Of a stretch of DNA of 64,000 nt, positions 18,441 to 28,658 are shown piece by piece. Under the pieces are notes generated by a model that was given only the letters and a program-made list of their open reading frames with translations, did not search any database and was not told the DNA's origin. The DNA comes from an uncultured Candidatus Saccharibacteria bacterium (GTDB lineage Bacteria; Patescibacteriota; Dojkabacteria; SC72). The translations under genes were made by a program, and so were the position numbers. Location of the stretch: assembly GCA_964621195.1 (NCBI GenBank), contig CAZULJ010000004.1:16620-80619 (forward strand), written 5' to 3'. Position 1 is the stretch's first letter. Each line of letters begins with the position of its first letter.

Positions 18441-19379
18441 TCAAAAAAGCCAAGGGTACTTTGCTTTCACAACCTCAGCAATTTCTTTAGGTTTCAGTAT
18501 ACCAAATTCGGTCAAGATTCCAGTAATCAAAGAGTTATCTACTATCTCGAATGCAGGATTAAAAATCTTAAGCTCTTTAGGAGCGTCTTCCCATAACTCC
18601 CTACTCTCACGAACCTCAATCTTGAGTTCATCTCCCCCTATCTGAGGGTCTACCTTTAAAAGTGGTGAAACAACATACAATGGCTTACTTGCATGGTAAG
18701 CAGACATAGCAATACCCCAACTTCCAATCTTGTTAACACAGTAGCCCTTTGTAGTCAGTTGGTCACAGCCAATAAAGACTGCACCTATCGAAACAGAGCC
18801 TCTACCGATAACAAAAGACTCTGCAGCACTATCTGCAATCAAAGTAGTAGAAATACCTGCCTCCAAAAGACTTTTCGCAGTCTTATGCCCTTGAAAAAGA
18901 GGTCTTGTTTCAGTACAAACCGCATCAAATGAGTCTTTTCCTTGCGCAATCCCTTTTATTACAGAAACTGCCGTAGAAGAATGACAATGAGTTAATATAT
19001 TTTCTAAAAATCTTACCTGAGGTACACAGTAATCAATAATGGCTCTCTTTGTGTCAGCAATAAGGTATAGATAGTTGTCACAGTATTCCTCTAAACGCTG
19101 TTTCATACTATCCAAGGATGGTAAATCAGCATTCTTCGATTCATAAGTATGTTCTACAAAACGGACACCATTTTTAGCTAAAGGCTCATTTGATCTAGCA
19201 TTGGCCAACCTATTACCTACCTCAAGAAACTCTTTGTAAAACAGGCTAGAATCTCTGGTTTCGGACTCCTGTATATATGTCTTCATTCCTTCTAAGGTAG
19301 CAATAGCAACATTGGTTGCACCCTGAATGTTCAACTCTTTTATATCTTTTTCGATATCAAGTATCTTTTTGATCTCCAT
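18441..19379 (-). CDS. Ribose-1,5-bisphosphate isomerase (eIF-2B alpha/beta/delta-like, e2b2/MtnA family)
   Basis: 312 aa. GATNVAIATLEG and a Rossmann-like C-terminal half typical of the eIF2B-related isomerases. Adjacent to AMP phosphorylase. Confidence 0.6.
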   Translation of the reverse strand: MEIKKILDIEKDIKELNIQGATNVAIATLEGMKTYIQESETRDSSLFYKEFLEVGNRLANARSNEPLAKNGVRFVEHTYESKNADLPSLDSMKQRLEEYCDNYLYLIADTKRAIIDYCVPQVRFLENILTHCHSSTAVSVIKGIAQGKDSFDAVCTETRPLFQGHKTAKSLLEAGISTTLIADSAAESFVIGRGSVSIGAVFIGCDQLTTKGYCVNKIGSWGIAMSAYHASKPLYVVSPLLKVDPQIGGDELKIEVRESRELWEDAPKELKIFNPAFEIVDNSLITGILTEFGILKPKEIAEVVKAKYPWLF

Positions 19380-19380
19380 A

Positions 19381-20808
19381 TTACTTTAGTTCGAACTCTT
19401 CATTTAACTTAGGTACATCAGTATCAATATTTAACTCTGTTTGTATATTACCCGCAAAACCAATAGCTATTTCCTCATCACCATGGGTTATAAAGATCTT
19501 CTTAGGTGTATGACCAAAACTTCTTAACCAATATCTTAAATCTCTTTGATCTGCATGGGCAGAGAAGCCTCCTAAAGTATGAATTTGAGCATTTACCTCT
19601 ATCTGTTGCCCCATTACAGTTATTTCTTTTTCCCCATTAACAAGCCTTCTTCCTAAGGTCCCTTCAACTTGATAACCAACAAATATCATATGCGTATTGG
19701 GCTTATGTATATGATTTTTAATGTGATGAACTATTCTTCCACCAGTACACATACCACTACCTGCGATAATAACTACGCCAGATTTTGATATCAGTCTCTT
19801 CGATTCTTCGGCAGAATCTATAGTGAAAAGTCCTGGGAAATTAAAAGGATCGTCACCTTTATCCAAAAGCCTTCTGGCGTCCTCATCGTAAAAAGTAGGA
19901 TACTGCTTAAATACTGCAGTAGCTTTTGAAGCCATAGGGCTATCTAGATATATTGGAACTTGGTTAAGTAATTTGTTTTCGACAAACAAATTTATCTCAT
20001 ACAAAAGCTCTTGTGTTCTTTCGATTGCAAATGATGGTATTAGTACATTACCACCCTCCTCCTGGGCCTGTTTAAGAATAGAGAGTAGCTCTAATACTGT
20101 CTCATCTTTGTTTTTATGCAATCTATTCCCATATGTAGCCTCACATATTACATAATCAGCCTCTCTGACTAGGTCGGGATCTCTAACAATTCTTGATCCT
20201 GGTTGACCCAAATCTCCTGAAAATACAATCTTCCTTTCTCTACCAGCTTCCGTATTTACCCAGAATTCAATCAATGCAGAACCAAGAATATGACCAGAGT
20301 CTCTAAATCTAAATTCAATACCATTATGCAAGTTAACTGATGCTCCATAAGGATATACTTCAAACAGCCTAATCATCTCCTCAACATCTTGTTCAGAGAA
20401 TAGTGGCTTTCTCTTCTCATACAAAGATCCTTCAGCAGCAGAACCTCTAAAGGATTCCTCTCTCCTACTTTTAGATTCCCATCTCTCATAAGATTCAAGC
20501 TGTAGCTTTGCTGCGTCTAAAAGTACAATCTTTGCCAAATCCCTTGTTGGCTGTGTAGCAAAGATTCTACCCTTGAAACCCTGCTTAACAAGTACAGGAA
20601 TTCTCCCACAGTGATCAAAATGAGCATGTGTAAGAAATATTGCATCTAGTTCAGTAGGATTAAATGGGAAAGATTCATAGTTTAATGCTTCTAAATCATC
20701 TTTTCCCTGAAAAGCACCACAATCAACTAAGAATTTAAACTCACCAGTATCAACGTAATAACAAGATCCAGTAACTGTTCTTGTAGCTCCACAAAATTTT
20801 ATCTTCAT
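19381..20808 (-). CDS. MBL-fold beta-CASP family ribonuclease (RNA-metabolising metallo-beta-lactamase)
   Basis: HAHFDHCG (HxHxDH), followed by beta-CASP and a C-terminal RNA-specificity region. 475 aa. Confidence 0.7.
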   Translation of the reverse strand: MKIKFCGATRTVTGSCYYVDTGEFKFLVDCGAFQGKDDLEALNYESFPFNPTELDAIFLTHAHFDHCGRIPVLVKQGFKGRIFATQPTRDLAKIVLLDAAKLQLESYERWESKSRREESFRGSAAEGSLYEKRKPLFSEQDVEEMIRLFEVYPYGASVNLHNGIEFRFRDSGHILGSALIEFWVNTEAGRERKIVFSGDLGQPGSRIVRDPDLVREADYVICEATYGNRLHKNKDETVLELLSILKQAQEEGGNVLIPSFAIERTQELLYEINLFVENKLLNQVPIYLDSPMASKATAVFKQYPTFYDEDARRLLDKGDDPFNFPGLFTIDSAEESKRLISKSGVVIIAGSGMCTGGRIVHHIKNHIHKPNTHMIFVGYQVEGTLGRRLVNGEKEITVMGQQIEVNAQIHTLGGFSAHADQRDLRYWLRSFGHTPKKIFITHGDEEIAIGFAGNIQTELNIDTDVPKLNEEFELK

Positions 20809-20843
20809 CTCGGGCAGTCTAGAAATTAATTAACATCTAAATA

Positions 20844-22262
20844 TTACAACATACGTCTGGCTTCCTCCAGCAATTTTTCTTTTGTATTCAAAAGAGGATC
20901 CTCAATTACCATATCTAGAAGGTTTTTCAATATCTCCCCCATCTTAGGACCAGGCTCCACCCCTATACCCCTCAAATCCTCCCCACTTATATCTAAATCT
21001 GTAATCTTAAGGGCCATATCCTCCTGTCGAACTCTTGAAATGTGCTTTTGTAACTCTTCTAACTCTGTTGGCTTAAATGCAGAACTAGGATTTGAACTAG
21101 CATCCGCAATTCTTAGTTTAAAAAGATCTTCAACATTCTCATCACCAACCCTTTTTAAAAATCTTCGAACAGCAGCATCACTCCATTGAGTTAACAGTAT
21201 TTTCTCCATATCCTCATGACTTACCTCCCCTTCAATATGAGGGTAGTAGAACATATGATTCTGAACCAAATTCTTTACTCTATTAATTTCTGAGTTAGGA
21301 AATTTCATTCTCTTAAGAATACTTTCCACCATATCAGCACCCATTTTGTCATGACCATAGAAGTGACCATTACCCATATCTGTACGTGGCTTTGCAATAT
21401 CATGCAACAATGCAGCAAGCTTAACGCTATCCTCTGCAGCATCACAAGTTTTTAAACTATGCCAATATACATCATGGGCATGATACAATTTCTGTTCAAC
21501 ACCATAGCCCTCCAAAAGCTCTGGCAAAAATATATTTAACAGGCCAGTTACTCTTAAAAGCTCTATACCCTTAGAAGGCTTGGAAGAGTTTAACAAAAGC
21601 TTCATAAACTCATCCCTTATTCTTTCCATAGAGACCTGCTTGGCAACAGGTAGTGCCTCTTTAATAGCAAGAAGTGTCTCCTCCTCTATTTCAAAATCAA
21701 GTTGAGAAGCAAGTCGACAAGCCTTAAAAGCACGCAAACCATCCTCCTTAAATCTTTCAAGAGGAGTACCTACAGCTCTTATCAATTTCAGATTAATATC
21801 GGTAATACCACCAAAAGGATCATAGATATTCCACTCCTGATCCTGCACATTCCCCTCGATAGTAGCATTAGATAAATCCATAGCCATTGCATTGATAGTA
21901 AAATCCCTTCTTCCAAGATCCAAATCAAGATCATTTACAAACTGGACTTTAGTTGGCCATCTTCCATCAACATAATCAGATTCACTTCTAAAAGTAGTTA
22001 CCTCAACCTGTTTTGTTTCTCCAGACTCATCTGGAACAAGCGCAAGAACAGTACCAAATTTCGCACCAGTAGATACAGACTTAGGAAAAATCTCTAACAT
22101 CTCATCTGGCTGAGCATTTGTAGCTAAATCGTAATCATGAGGTATCTTACCCATTAAAATATCTCTTAGAGCACCACCTACTAGGTAAACATCATAGCCC
22201 TCTTTACTAAGCGTTCTCGCTACTTTTTGTACATATGATGGTATTGTATATCGTATTTTCAT
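20844..22262 (-). CDS. cca: CCA-adding tRNA nucleotidyltransferase with HD domain. The start is probably Met at 22262.
   Basis: Pol-beta-type NTase head GGALRD...DYDLAT. HD motif HDIAKP. Confidence 0.8.
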   Translation of the reverse strand: MKIRYTIPSYVQKVARTLSKEGYDVYLVGGALRDILMGKIPHDYDLATNAQPDEMLEIFPKSVSTGAKFGTVLALVPDESGETKQVEVTTFRSESDYVDGRWPTKVQFVNDLDLDLGRRDFTINAMAMDLSNATIEGNVQDQEWNIYDPFGGITDINLKLIRAVGTPLERFKEDGLRAFKACRLASQLDFEIEEETLLAIKEALPVAKQVSMERIRDEFMKLLLNSSKPSKGIELLRVTGLLNIFLPELLEGYGVEQKLYHAHDVYWHSLKTCDAAEDSVKLAALLHDIAKPRTDMGNGHFYGHDKMGADMVESILKRMKFPNSEINRVKNLVQNHMFYYPHIEGEVSHEDMEKILLTQWSDAAVRRFLKRVGDENVEDLFKLRIADASSNPSSAFKPTELEELQKHISRVRQEDMALKITDLDISGEDLRGIGVEPGPKMGEILKNLLDMVIEDPLLNTKEKLLEEARRML

Positions 22263-23443
22263 TTTCTTCTTTTCCTTAGGAAATAGTACCAAAGTATTGA
22301 TACAACAACAAGGAAGGAAAATCCGATAACTAGATATTTTGGGAAATAGAATATACCAGTTTTTGGGAGAACAGCTAAACCCAAAACTTGCTCGAAATCA
22401 TCTTTTACCTCAGGGTTTTCTACCTCCCCCTCATTATTTACAACATCCATCTTTATAACGTCGGAATATATTTCATATGGTATCCTTTCTATACAAAAAG
22501 ATTCCACAAAAGGCTTAACTCTAGAAGATACATAGTTTAGCGATTGCCCATTTAAGGATCTCACACCATACATAATTGCGGACTCACCAACTATATTTGA
22601 TTCCTGATTCTCACCAACAACTGCACACTCTCTAACAGTATTTGGATTTGATATTTTTGCATAACCGAAATCTGTTTCATCAGAGATATCGAGAACATAT
22701 TCATACATACACTCCTCATATGGCAGGAAATCCCTTGTCAAAGAGTATTCACCATGCTCAAAAAGTATATCTTCTTCATAGCTTTCAGTTATATTTCTAA
22801 CATACACACGCAAAAGCACTCTTCCATTCAATACTTCTGCCTCCCATCTCTCAAAAATTATTGGAGAGATAACCTGCAAAGAATCAAGCCTGAAAAAGCC
22901 CGAAGAGGCCTCATTCACAATACCAAGTCCCTCATATCTATGGACAAAACCACCCCTGGGATAGTTCCAAGATATAACCCGAAATGGAACTTCCTCAAAA
23001 TCTCCCTCCACATTTACAACCCTTCTAAGATCACCTCTTGATCTATCATATCTTGAAAGAAAAAGATTCAAGGATTCAATATATACCTCTCCATCTGACA
23101 TATTTTGATAGAAATAGACTACATCGACAGTAGCGCCAGGAGGTAAAGAAACTGAATCATATACGCCTGGACGTCTAACTAAGCCGTATAAAGTATCGAA
23201 ATATACAAACTCATCAAAGAATGAAGCTCCATACAAAAGAGATGAACTACTTCCAGAAATGCTATTGGAATTAAAATTTATACAGTTAGGACAGACTCCT
23301 GGGTCAGGAACACTCCCAATACCAAAAGCTACAGTATCATAGAATCTGTTTTCTATTAGGTCACCACTTGGAAAGAAATTATCTGCATATAAATAGGAGG
23401 AAAAACAAAGAAGCAATACAAAGGAGAAAAATACAGATCTCAT
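22259..23443 (-). CDS. LPXTG-type cell-wall-anchored surface protein
   Basis: N-terminal signal peptide. The C-terminus reads LPKTG + hydrophobic stretch + RKRRK-stop, a canonical sortase sorting signal. Confidence 0.6.
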   Translation of the reverse strand: MRSVFFSFVLLLCFSSYLYADNFFPSGDLIENRFYDTVAFGIGSVPDPGVCPNCINFNSNSISGSSSSLLYGASFFDEFVYFDTLYGLVRRPGVYDSVSLPPGATVDVVYFYQNMSDGEVYIESLNLFLSRYDRSRGDLRRVVNVEGDFEEVPFRVISWNYPRGGFVHRYEGLGIVNEASSGFFRLDSLQVISPIIFERWEAEVLNGRVLLRVYVRNITESYEEDILFEHGEYSLTRDFLPYEECMYEYVLDISDETDFGYAKISNPNTVRECAVVGENQESNIVGESAIMYGVRSLNGQSLNYVSSRVKPFVESFCIERIPYEIYSDVIKMDVVNNEGEVENPEVKDDFEQVLGLAVLPKTGIFYFPKYLVIGFSFLVVVSILWYYFLRKRRK

Positions 23444-23514
23444 ACTCTATTGGAAACAAGTTATATACCCAAAGATGGTACATACCAAATATGAAGAAAT
23501 CTTGAAAAATATAA

Positions 23515-23603
23515 TGGCGGAGAGAGTGGGATTCGAACCCACGGTACGGAAACCCGTACAACGGTTTTCAAGACCGTCACATTCGACCACTCTGTCATCT
23601 CTC
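23515..23603 (-). tRNA. tRNA-Ser (anticodon TGA), long variable arm, CCA encoded
   Basis: GGAGAGA-TG-...ACGGT CTTGAAA ACCGT (anticodon TGA). Long variable hairpin. T arm GTGGG TTCGAAT CCCAC. TCTCTCC-G-CCA. Confidence 0.8.
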
Positions 23604-23688
23604 CAAGTAGCTCGGAAATTATATCATGCCTTCTTACTTTTTTCCCATATTTGACTACTTACGAATGATTACAATATCATTTTGATAT

Positions 23689-25587
23689 ATGAACATACAA
23701 AGATACCTTAAGATAATTGCAATATTGATCCCATCAATACTACTCTCCATTCCTGCAATATCCTTTGCTGCAGAGCTCGATTCAACAAACTTTAAAATCG
23801 TGGGAGCAACTACTCAAGGGGGGGGAATTGTAGAATCAACATCCGGCAATTACAGTGCCCTACTAAATGTTGGCTCAATCTCTAGTGACCCAAGAATATA
23901 TTCCACCTTGTATAAAGTAGGATCAAGCCCTGAGACACCATTCTTACCATCCGCCCCTATAATTTCATGTTTTGATGCCACCAGCACAAGCCATAGTGAG
24001 TGTTCAATCGGATCCTCTGGGATATCTTCTGCTGGTATGACTAGCCTTTGCGGAGATGGCGGTTGTTATGACAAAGCTAGATTCGAACTATCAGATTACC
24101 CCTATCACTATCAAACAAATGACTCAAGATTGGTTTCTTACTGGCCCATGGATGAACTTGCGAATGATACCTGCGCTGGAGGACAAGATGTCTGTGACCT
24201 AAAAAGTAGCAATCATGGTACTGATTACGGTGCAGGGATTACGACTGGAAGATTCGCAAGGGGCAGAGAGTTCACAGGAGGTACAGACTATTTAGATATG
24301 GGTAATAACTCTTCGCTAGATCTAACCTCACAAGGAACAATATCTGTTTGGGTAAAATCAGATAGGACATACCCTAGCGATGATGCAACAACTAAATTCA
24401 GGTGGATTCTCTACAAAACAAATGGTGGTGGAGTTGGGGAACAAAGTTATTGGTTTGACTGGTATGGAACAAATACTTCAAGAACCTTTAGAGCAAGAAT
24501 CTCTAATGCTGCAGGCGCATCAAATGGTTTTTCAATCTCTAACTATGACATGGGAACAGAGTGGAAACACTTTGTATTAACTTTCGATGGCTCTCTAGTT
24601 AAGTTATTTATAAATGGCACCCTATACGGGAGTGTAACACAAACAATTAGTGCTCAAGTAATAACAGCTCCGGTAAAAATTGGTGGTGCGTATGGATGGG
24701 ACGGATTAATTGACGAGGTAATGATATACAATCAAGCGTTAAGTGACAGTGAAGTAGAAGCTCTCTATCAAGAAACCGCATTAGCTGTAAATCCTGCAGA
24801 CACACTCTACTCTGTTATGATATCTACAGATAACTTTGTATCTGATATTCGATATATCGACTCTTCCACATTTATGCCCGAAAGTATTTCAACCCACAAT
24901 CTTTCCGACTTTATGCCAGAGGATAACTGGGAAGCAGAATTGTTAAACCTAAAGGGATTAGAACCAAATACCACCTACTACCTAAGAGCTGTTGCCCTCC
25001 AAGGATCTTTTACGCAAACAGAACCTGGTCCTGTTCGATCTACTACTACGGGTATCCCAGAAGTATTCTTCGATATAGATATTGCAGATGAATCTGGGTA
25101 TACAGCAGAAAGCTCTCCCCCACACTCTATACAATTTACTGGAGCATATGAACTGATCGGAGGGTCTGCCGCAATTACTGCACAAAATAGAATTTGGTTA
25201 GACGGAAATACCAACTCAAGTGGAGGATACGCCATCATTATGAATGGAACAAATGGTGGTCTATATAGCCCCACCACATTACAGACTATAACCTCGGCGA
25301 CAGCAGATCTTAATGGTGTAAGTTCTGGATTTGGATTACAAAGTGAATATATAGATTACAGTACCGATGGACCAACCCTTGGGTTTATATCCTCAACTAC
25401 AGACTATAGCGGAACAGGTAACGAGGTCGGAATTATTTCTACAACAGCCAACAAAATATATGACGCAGATGGCCCAATTATTGATGGTAGAATGGCATTA
25501 AAAGTGATTGCAAAACCAGGTACCTCATATACTGCTGCCACTGACTATTCAGAGACAATATTCCTAATCTTCGTTCCTAGATATTAA
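23689..25587 (+). CDS. Secreted protein with LamG/concanavalin-A-like lectin domain
   Basis: Signal peptide. YWPMDE...ISVWVK...WKHFVLTFDGSLVKLFINGTLYG...IDEVMIYNQALSDSEVEALY matches the Laminin_G_3 pattern. Confidence 0.6.
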   Translation: MNIQRYLKIIAILIPSILLSIPAISFAAELDSTNFKIVGATTQGGGIVESTSGNYSALLNVGSISSDPRIYSTLYKVGSSPETPFLPSAPIISCFDATSTSHSECSIGSSGISSAGMTSLCGDGGCYDKARFELSDYPYHYQTNDSRLVSYWPMDELANDTCAGGQDVCDLKSSNHGTDYGAGITTGRFARGREFTGGTDYLDMGNNSSLDLTSQGTISVWVKSDRTYPSDDATTKFRWILYKTNGGGVGEQSYWFDWYGTNTSRTFRARISNAAGASNGFSISNYDMGTEWKHFVLTFDGSLVKLFINGTLYGSVTQTISAQVITAPVKIGGAYGWDGLIDEVMIYNQALSDSEVEALYQETALAVNPADTLYSVMISTDNFVSDIRYIDSSTFMPESISTHNLSDFMPEDNWEAELLNLKGLEPNTTYYLRAVALQGSFTQTEPGPVRSTTTGIPEVFFDIDIADESGYTAESSPPHSIQFTGAYELIGGSAAITAQNRIWLDGNTNSSGGYAIIMNGTNGGLYSPTTLQTITSATADLNGVSSGFGLQSEYIDYSTDGPTLGFISSTTDYSGTGNEVGIISTTANKIYDADGPIIDGRMALKVIAKPGTSYTAATDYSETIFLIFVPRY

Positions 25588-25682
25588 GTCAAAATATCTA
25601 TTGACATGGTTGATTGGTATATGTAATCTGTAATCATAATACTAGTTTGTTTTTTTTACTCTAATTTTTAACTCTGCCCAAT

Positions 25683-26804
25683 GTGAGAAGTCTAGGAACT
25701 CTCTTAAGGATAGCGATACCAACATTTTTGATAGTTGGGTTTACCTCATTTTTCATATTCTTTTCTGCACAAGCAGCCTCCCTTACTGCCGTATATATGT
25801 ACTACAGTAGAATTCAAGCTGGACTTAACGGTACTGGTGGGCAAGCAGTACAATTTGTACTAGCAGTTGCACCAGCACAAAATATGGGATCTGGTGGTAC
25901 AATCACAATTGAGTATCCAGATGCAGCCGATGGAACTTGGTGTAGAGGTGCTGGAGCATTAGGAATTTCTGCAGTTGCATCCTCAGAGGCAGACTTGGCA
26001 ATAACATACTGGGATATTGACTCTGCTCTTCCAAACAGTGGTACTGCACTTGCAGCTGCATGTACACAAGGTTCTGGAACAAGCTCGGTAGATACAATAA
26101 CTATTACAAATGTCGGAGCATTAACAGCAGGTACAACATACGGTGTTCAGATTTCTAGCAGCACTGGAGTATTGGGAACCAATGGTACTGCTGGTCAGCA
26201 TGAAATAACTGTAACTGTTGAGAGTGGTGCAACTATTGACTCAAAGACCTTCAAGATTTCATTAGTATCTAATGACTCTGTAGTCGTTAGTGCTACAGTA
26301 TCTGACGCCCCAAGTGTAAACTGTTCAATAAGTACGAATACTGTAAACTTAGGAACCCTTTACCCTGGTGGTGCATATGCAATAGGAACTCATACTATCT
26401 CTACCTCTGCAACTTCTGGATATTACTGGGCTGCATACGGCACGGGAGATGGTTCAACAGATGCTGGTCTTTACAAATCGACCGCCACTACATACTTAAT
26501 AGCATCGGGGACAACTGCAACCTTAGATCTTACAGTCGCTGGTAGTGAAGGTTTCGGAATGACCGTATCAGATCCAGATAGTACTGGTGGCGCCGTAGTA
26601 TCTACAAACTTTGTTGATACAACAGCTGGAACCTTTGGTACACTCGATAGGTTGTATAGTGGAGCAAAGATGATTCTTTCACAAAATGGTGCACAGGGTA
26701 CATCTGAAAATGCTACAATTACATACGGTGCAAGAGCAAGCGCATCAGCACCTGCTGGTTCATACCAAGAAACTGTAACCTTCATTTGTGGTGGTTACTA
26801 CTAG
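25683..26804 (+). CDS. Secreted Gly/Thr/Ser/Ala-rich protein of unknown function
   Basis: N-terminal hydrophobic signal/anchor. Low-complexity T/G/S-rich composition. Part of a same-strand cluster of exported proteins. Confidence 0.4.
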   Translation: MRSLGTLLRIAIPTFLIVGFTSFFIFFSAQAASLTAVYMYYSRIQAGLNGTGGQAVQFVLAVAPAQNMGSGGTITIEYPDAADGTWCRGAGALGISAVASSEADLAITYWDIDSALPNSGTALAAACTQGSGTSSVDTITITNVGALTAGTTYGVQISSSTGVLGTNGTAGQHEITVTVESGATIDSKTFKISLVSNDSVVVSATVSDAPSVNCSISTNTVNLGTLYPGGAYAIGTHTISTSATSGYYWAAYGTGDGSTDAGLYKSTATTYLIASGTTATLDLTVAGSEGFGMTVSDPDSTGGAVVSTNFVDTTAGTFGTLDRLYSGAKMILSQNGAQGTSENATITYGARASASAPAGSYQETVTFICGGYY

Positions 26805-26814
26805 TACTTAGATA

Positions 26815-27777
26815 ATGATATTGAAAATACTTAAGGAATATAACAGAATATTTTTACTGCCCACAATTTTACTCTGTTTAAGTGTGATACCAACATTCGC
26901 ACAGAGTAGTCTTTCAATTGGCGTCTCCCCTACTTCCAAAGTATTAAAAGTTCAACCAGGAGATACATATACTGATGAGGTTGTCTTCTGGAATCTTTCA
27001 CAAGATGCAGACACCTATCAAATCTATGTAAGAGGCTTTAGACAGATAGAGAATCAACCAGGAACAGCAATAATTCTAACCGATGAAGAGGAAGCAAAAT
27101 CTTTGTACTCCGCATCAAAGTGGGTAACACTTGAGAAAGATACTTTAACTCTTGAGCCTAACAAGAATACAAAGCTTAGATATACAATTAATGTTCCTTT
27201 AGATGTTACAGAGGGTGAATACAACGCTCAAATATTTCTAATATCTGAATCTGCAGGAGGAACACAAGGTTCCGTTACATTTGCAAACTTAGCAGCTGGC
27301 ATGCCCCTACTACTTCAGATAGGTGACGAATTTGTAGAGAATGCTGAGCTTCTAAGGTTCACAAGTGACAAGAAGACTTACGAGAAGATAAATATAGATT
27401 TTCTAACACAAATAAAGAATTTAGGAGATACACATATAACACCCACAGGTGAGATTGTAGTAGAAAATATATTTAAACAAGAAGTGGCGAGAATACCATT
27501 CAACAGAAATAGACAAAGCTTACTAAGAGATAATCTAGGCAACTATATAGACAACTGGAGCCAACCAGGATATCTCTCCCCTAACAATGCCCTCGCAATT
27601 GGACCAATGAAGGCTACACTTCTAGTGACATATAGAAGTATACAGCCAGGATTTGCTACTCTCTCTTCTGAGATCTCTTTCTGGATAATTCCTTGGAAGA
27701 TTCTTTTGGCTATTCTCTTACCTATCCTTACTGCTATAATTGTAGTAATAAGTAAGAAAAGACTAAAAAGAAGATAA
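26815..27777 (+). CDS. Cell-surface protein with signal peptide and C-terminal TM anchor plus basic tail. Possibly DUF916-like.
   Basis: Signal peptide. SIGVSPTSKVLKVQPGDTYTDEVVFWNLSQD resembles the N-terminal pattern of WxL-locus DUF916 proteins. The C-terminus is ILLPILTAIIVVISKKRLKRR. Confidence 0.4.
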   Translation: MILKILKEYNRIFLLPTILLCLSVIPTFAQSSLSIGVSPTSKVLKVQPGDTYTDEVVFWNLSQDADTYQIYVRGFRQIENQPGTAIILTDEEEAKSLYSASKWVTLEKDTLTLEPNKNTKLRYTINVPLDVTEGEYNAQIFLISESAGGTQGSVTFANLAAGMPLLLQIGDEFVENAELLRFTSDKKTYEKINIDFLTQIKNLGDTHITPTGEIVVENIFKQEVARIPFNRNRQSLLRDNLGNYIDNWSQPGYLSPNNALAIGPMKATLLVTYRSIQPGFATLSSEISFWIIPWKILLAILLPILTAIIVVISKKRLKRR

Positions 27778-28658
27778 TGAAATTCCTTAAAATATTCTTT
27801 ATATCAATATATCTTTTGATATCCTTCGGTAAAAATACCCTTTATGCAAACACCCTATCGCCTTCTATCAATGAGATAACAGTATCTCAAGGACAAAGAA
27901 CATACTCCACTGTAACTTTTCAAAATGATGGGGAAAAAGACACAGAAGTATTAATAAAGATATATTCATACAATCCTCAAACAGATGAAATATCAGAAAA
28001 TAGTGAGGATCTATTTCTTAAGGCTGACACAGATACATTTTTGATAGAGGCAGGACAGAAGAAAAGCATACAGTACGAAATAGCTCCGATATCAAATATG
28101 GAGTTAGGAACATACTTTAACCTACTCACACTCTTGCCCGAAGCAGACCCAGGAAACGTTTCAATAGCACAGGGGATCTCTCAACTAGTTGTATTAAATC
28201 TAGTATCTGCAGAAGACGAAGTATTGGGTATTACAACGAATGACTTCTCACCCAAAATCGAACTTGTAAGTAAAGGAATACCATATATACTTCCTTTAAA
28301 GATTAGATATATATATGTTAACCAATCAAATTTTGTTTTAACACCCTCTGGTAGGATAGAGGTATTTAACAAGAGGGGTGATTACATGCCAAAATATATA
28401 TATGTAAATCAAGAAGGCGAGAAATTATACCCAGGTGAGCAACTAGAAAAAACCGTTGAGATACATAACTGGCACCTATCAGATCTATTCTCAGACAGAT
28501 ATGTACTGGGAAACTTTACAAATGGTTTGGATAGTAATCCGAAACTTACAGAAATATCCGTACCTTCATATACAATTGAAATATTTGCAGCGCTTGTTGT
28601 ACTAATAGTAGGATATCTCTTTATCAAATCTCTTAGAGAAGACAAAAAGGGATCCTAG
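27777..28658 (+). CDS. Cell-surface protein with signal peptide and C-terminal TM anchor. Paralog-like of the upstream gene.
   Basis: SINEITVSQGQRTYSTVTFQNDGEKDTEVLIKIY has the same pattern as the upstream protein. C-terminal anchor IFAALVVLIVGYLFIKSLREDKK. Its start overlaps the upstream stop. Confidence 0.4.
   Translation: MKFLKIFFISIYLLISFGKNTLYANTLSPSINEITVSQGQRTYSTVTFQNDGEKDTEVLIKIYSYNPQTDEISENSEDLFLKADTDTFLIEAGQKKSIQYEIAPISNMELGTYFNLLTLLPEADPGNVSIAQGISQLVVLNLVSAEDEVLGITTNDFSPKIELVSKGIPYILPLKIRYIYVNQSNFVLTPSGRIEVFNKRGDYMPKYIYVNQEGEKLYPGEQLEKTVEIHNWHLSDLFSDRYVLGNFTNGLDSNPKLTEISVPSYTIEIFAALVVLIVGYLFIKSLREDKKGS

Noticed and set aside
23379-23561. 60-aa minus-strand ORF
   Set aside because: It overlaps tRNA-Ser and the upstream region of the LPXTG gene.
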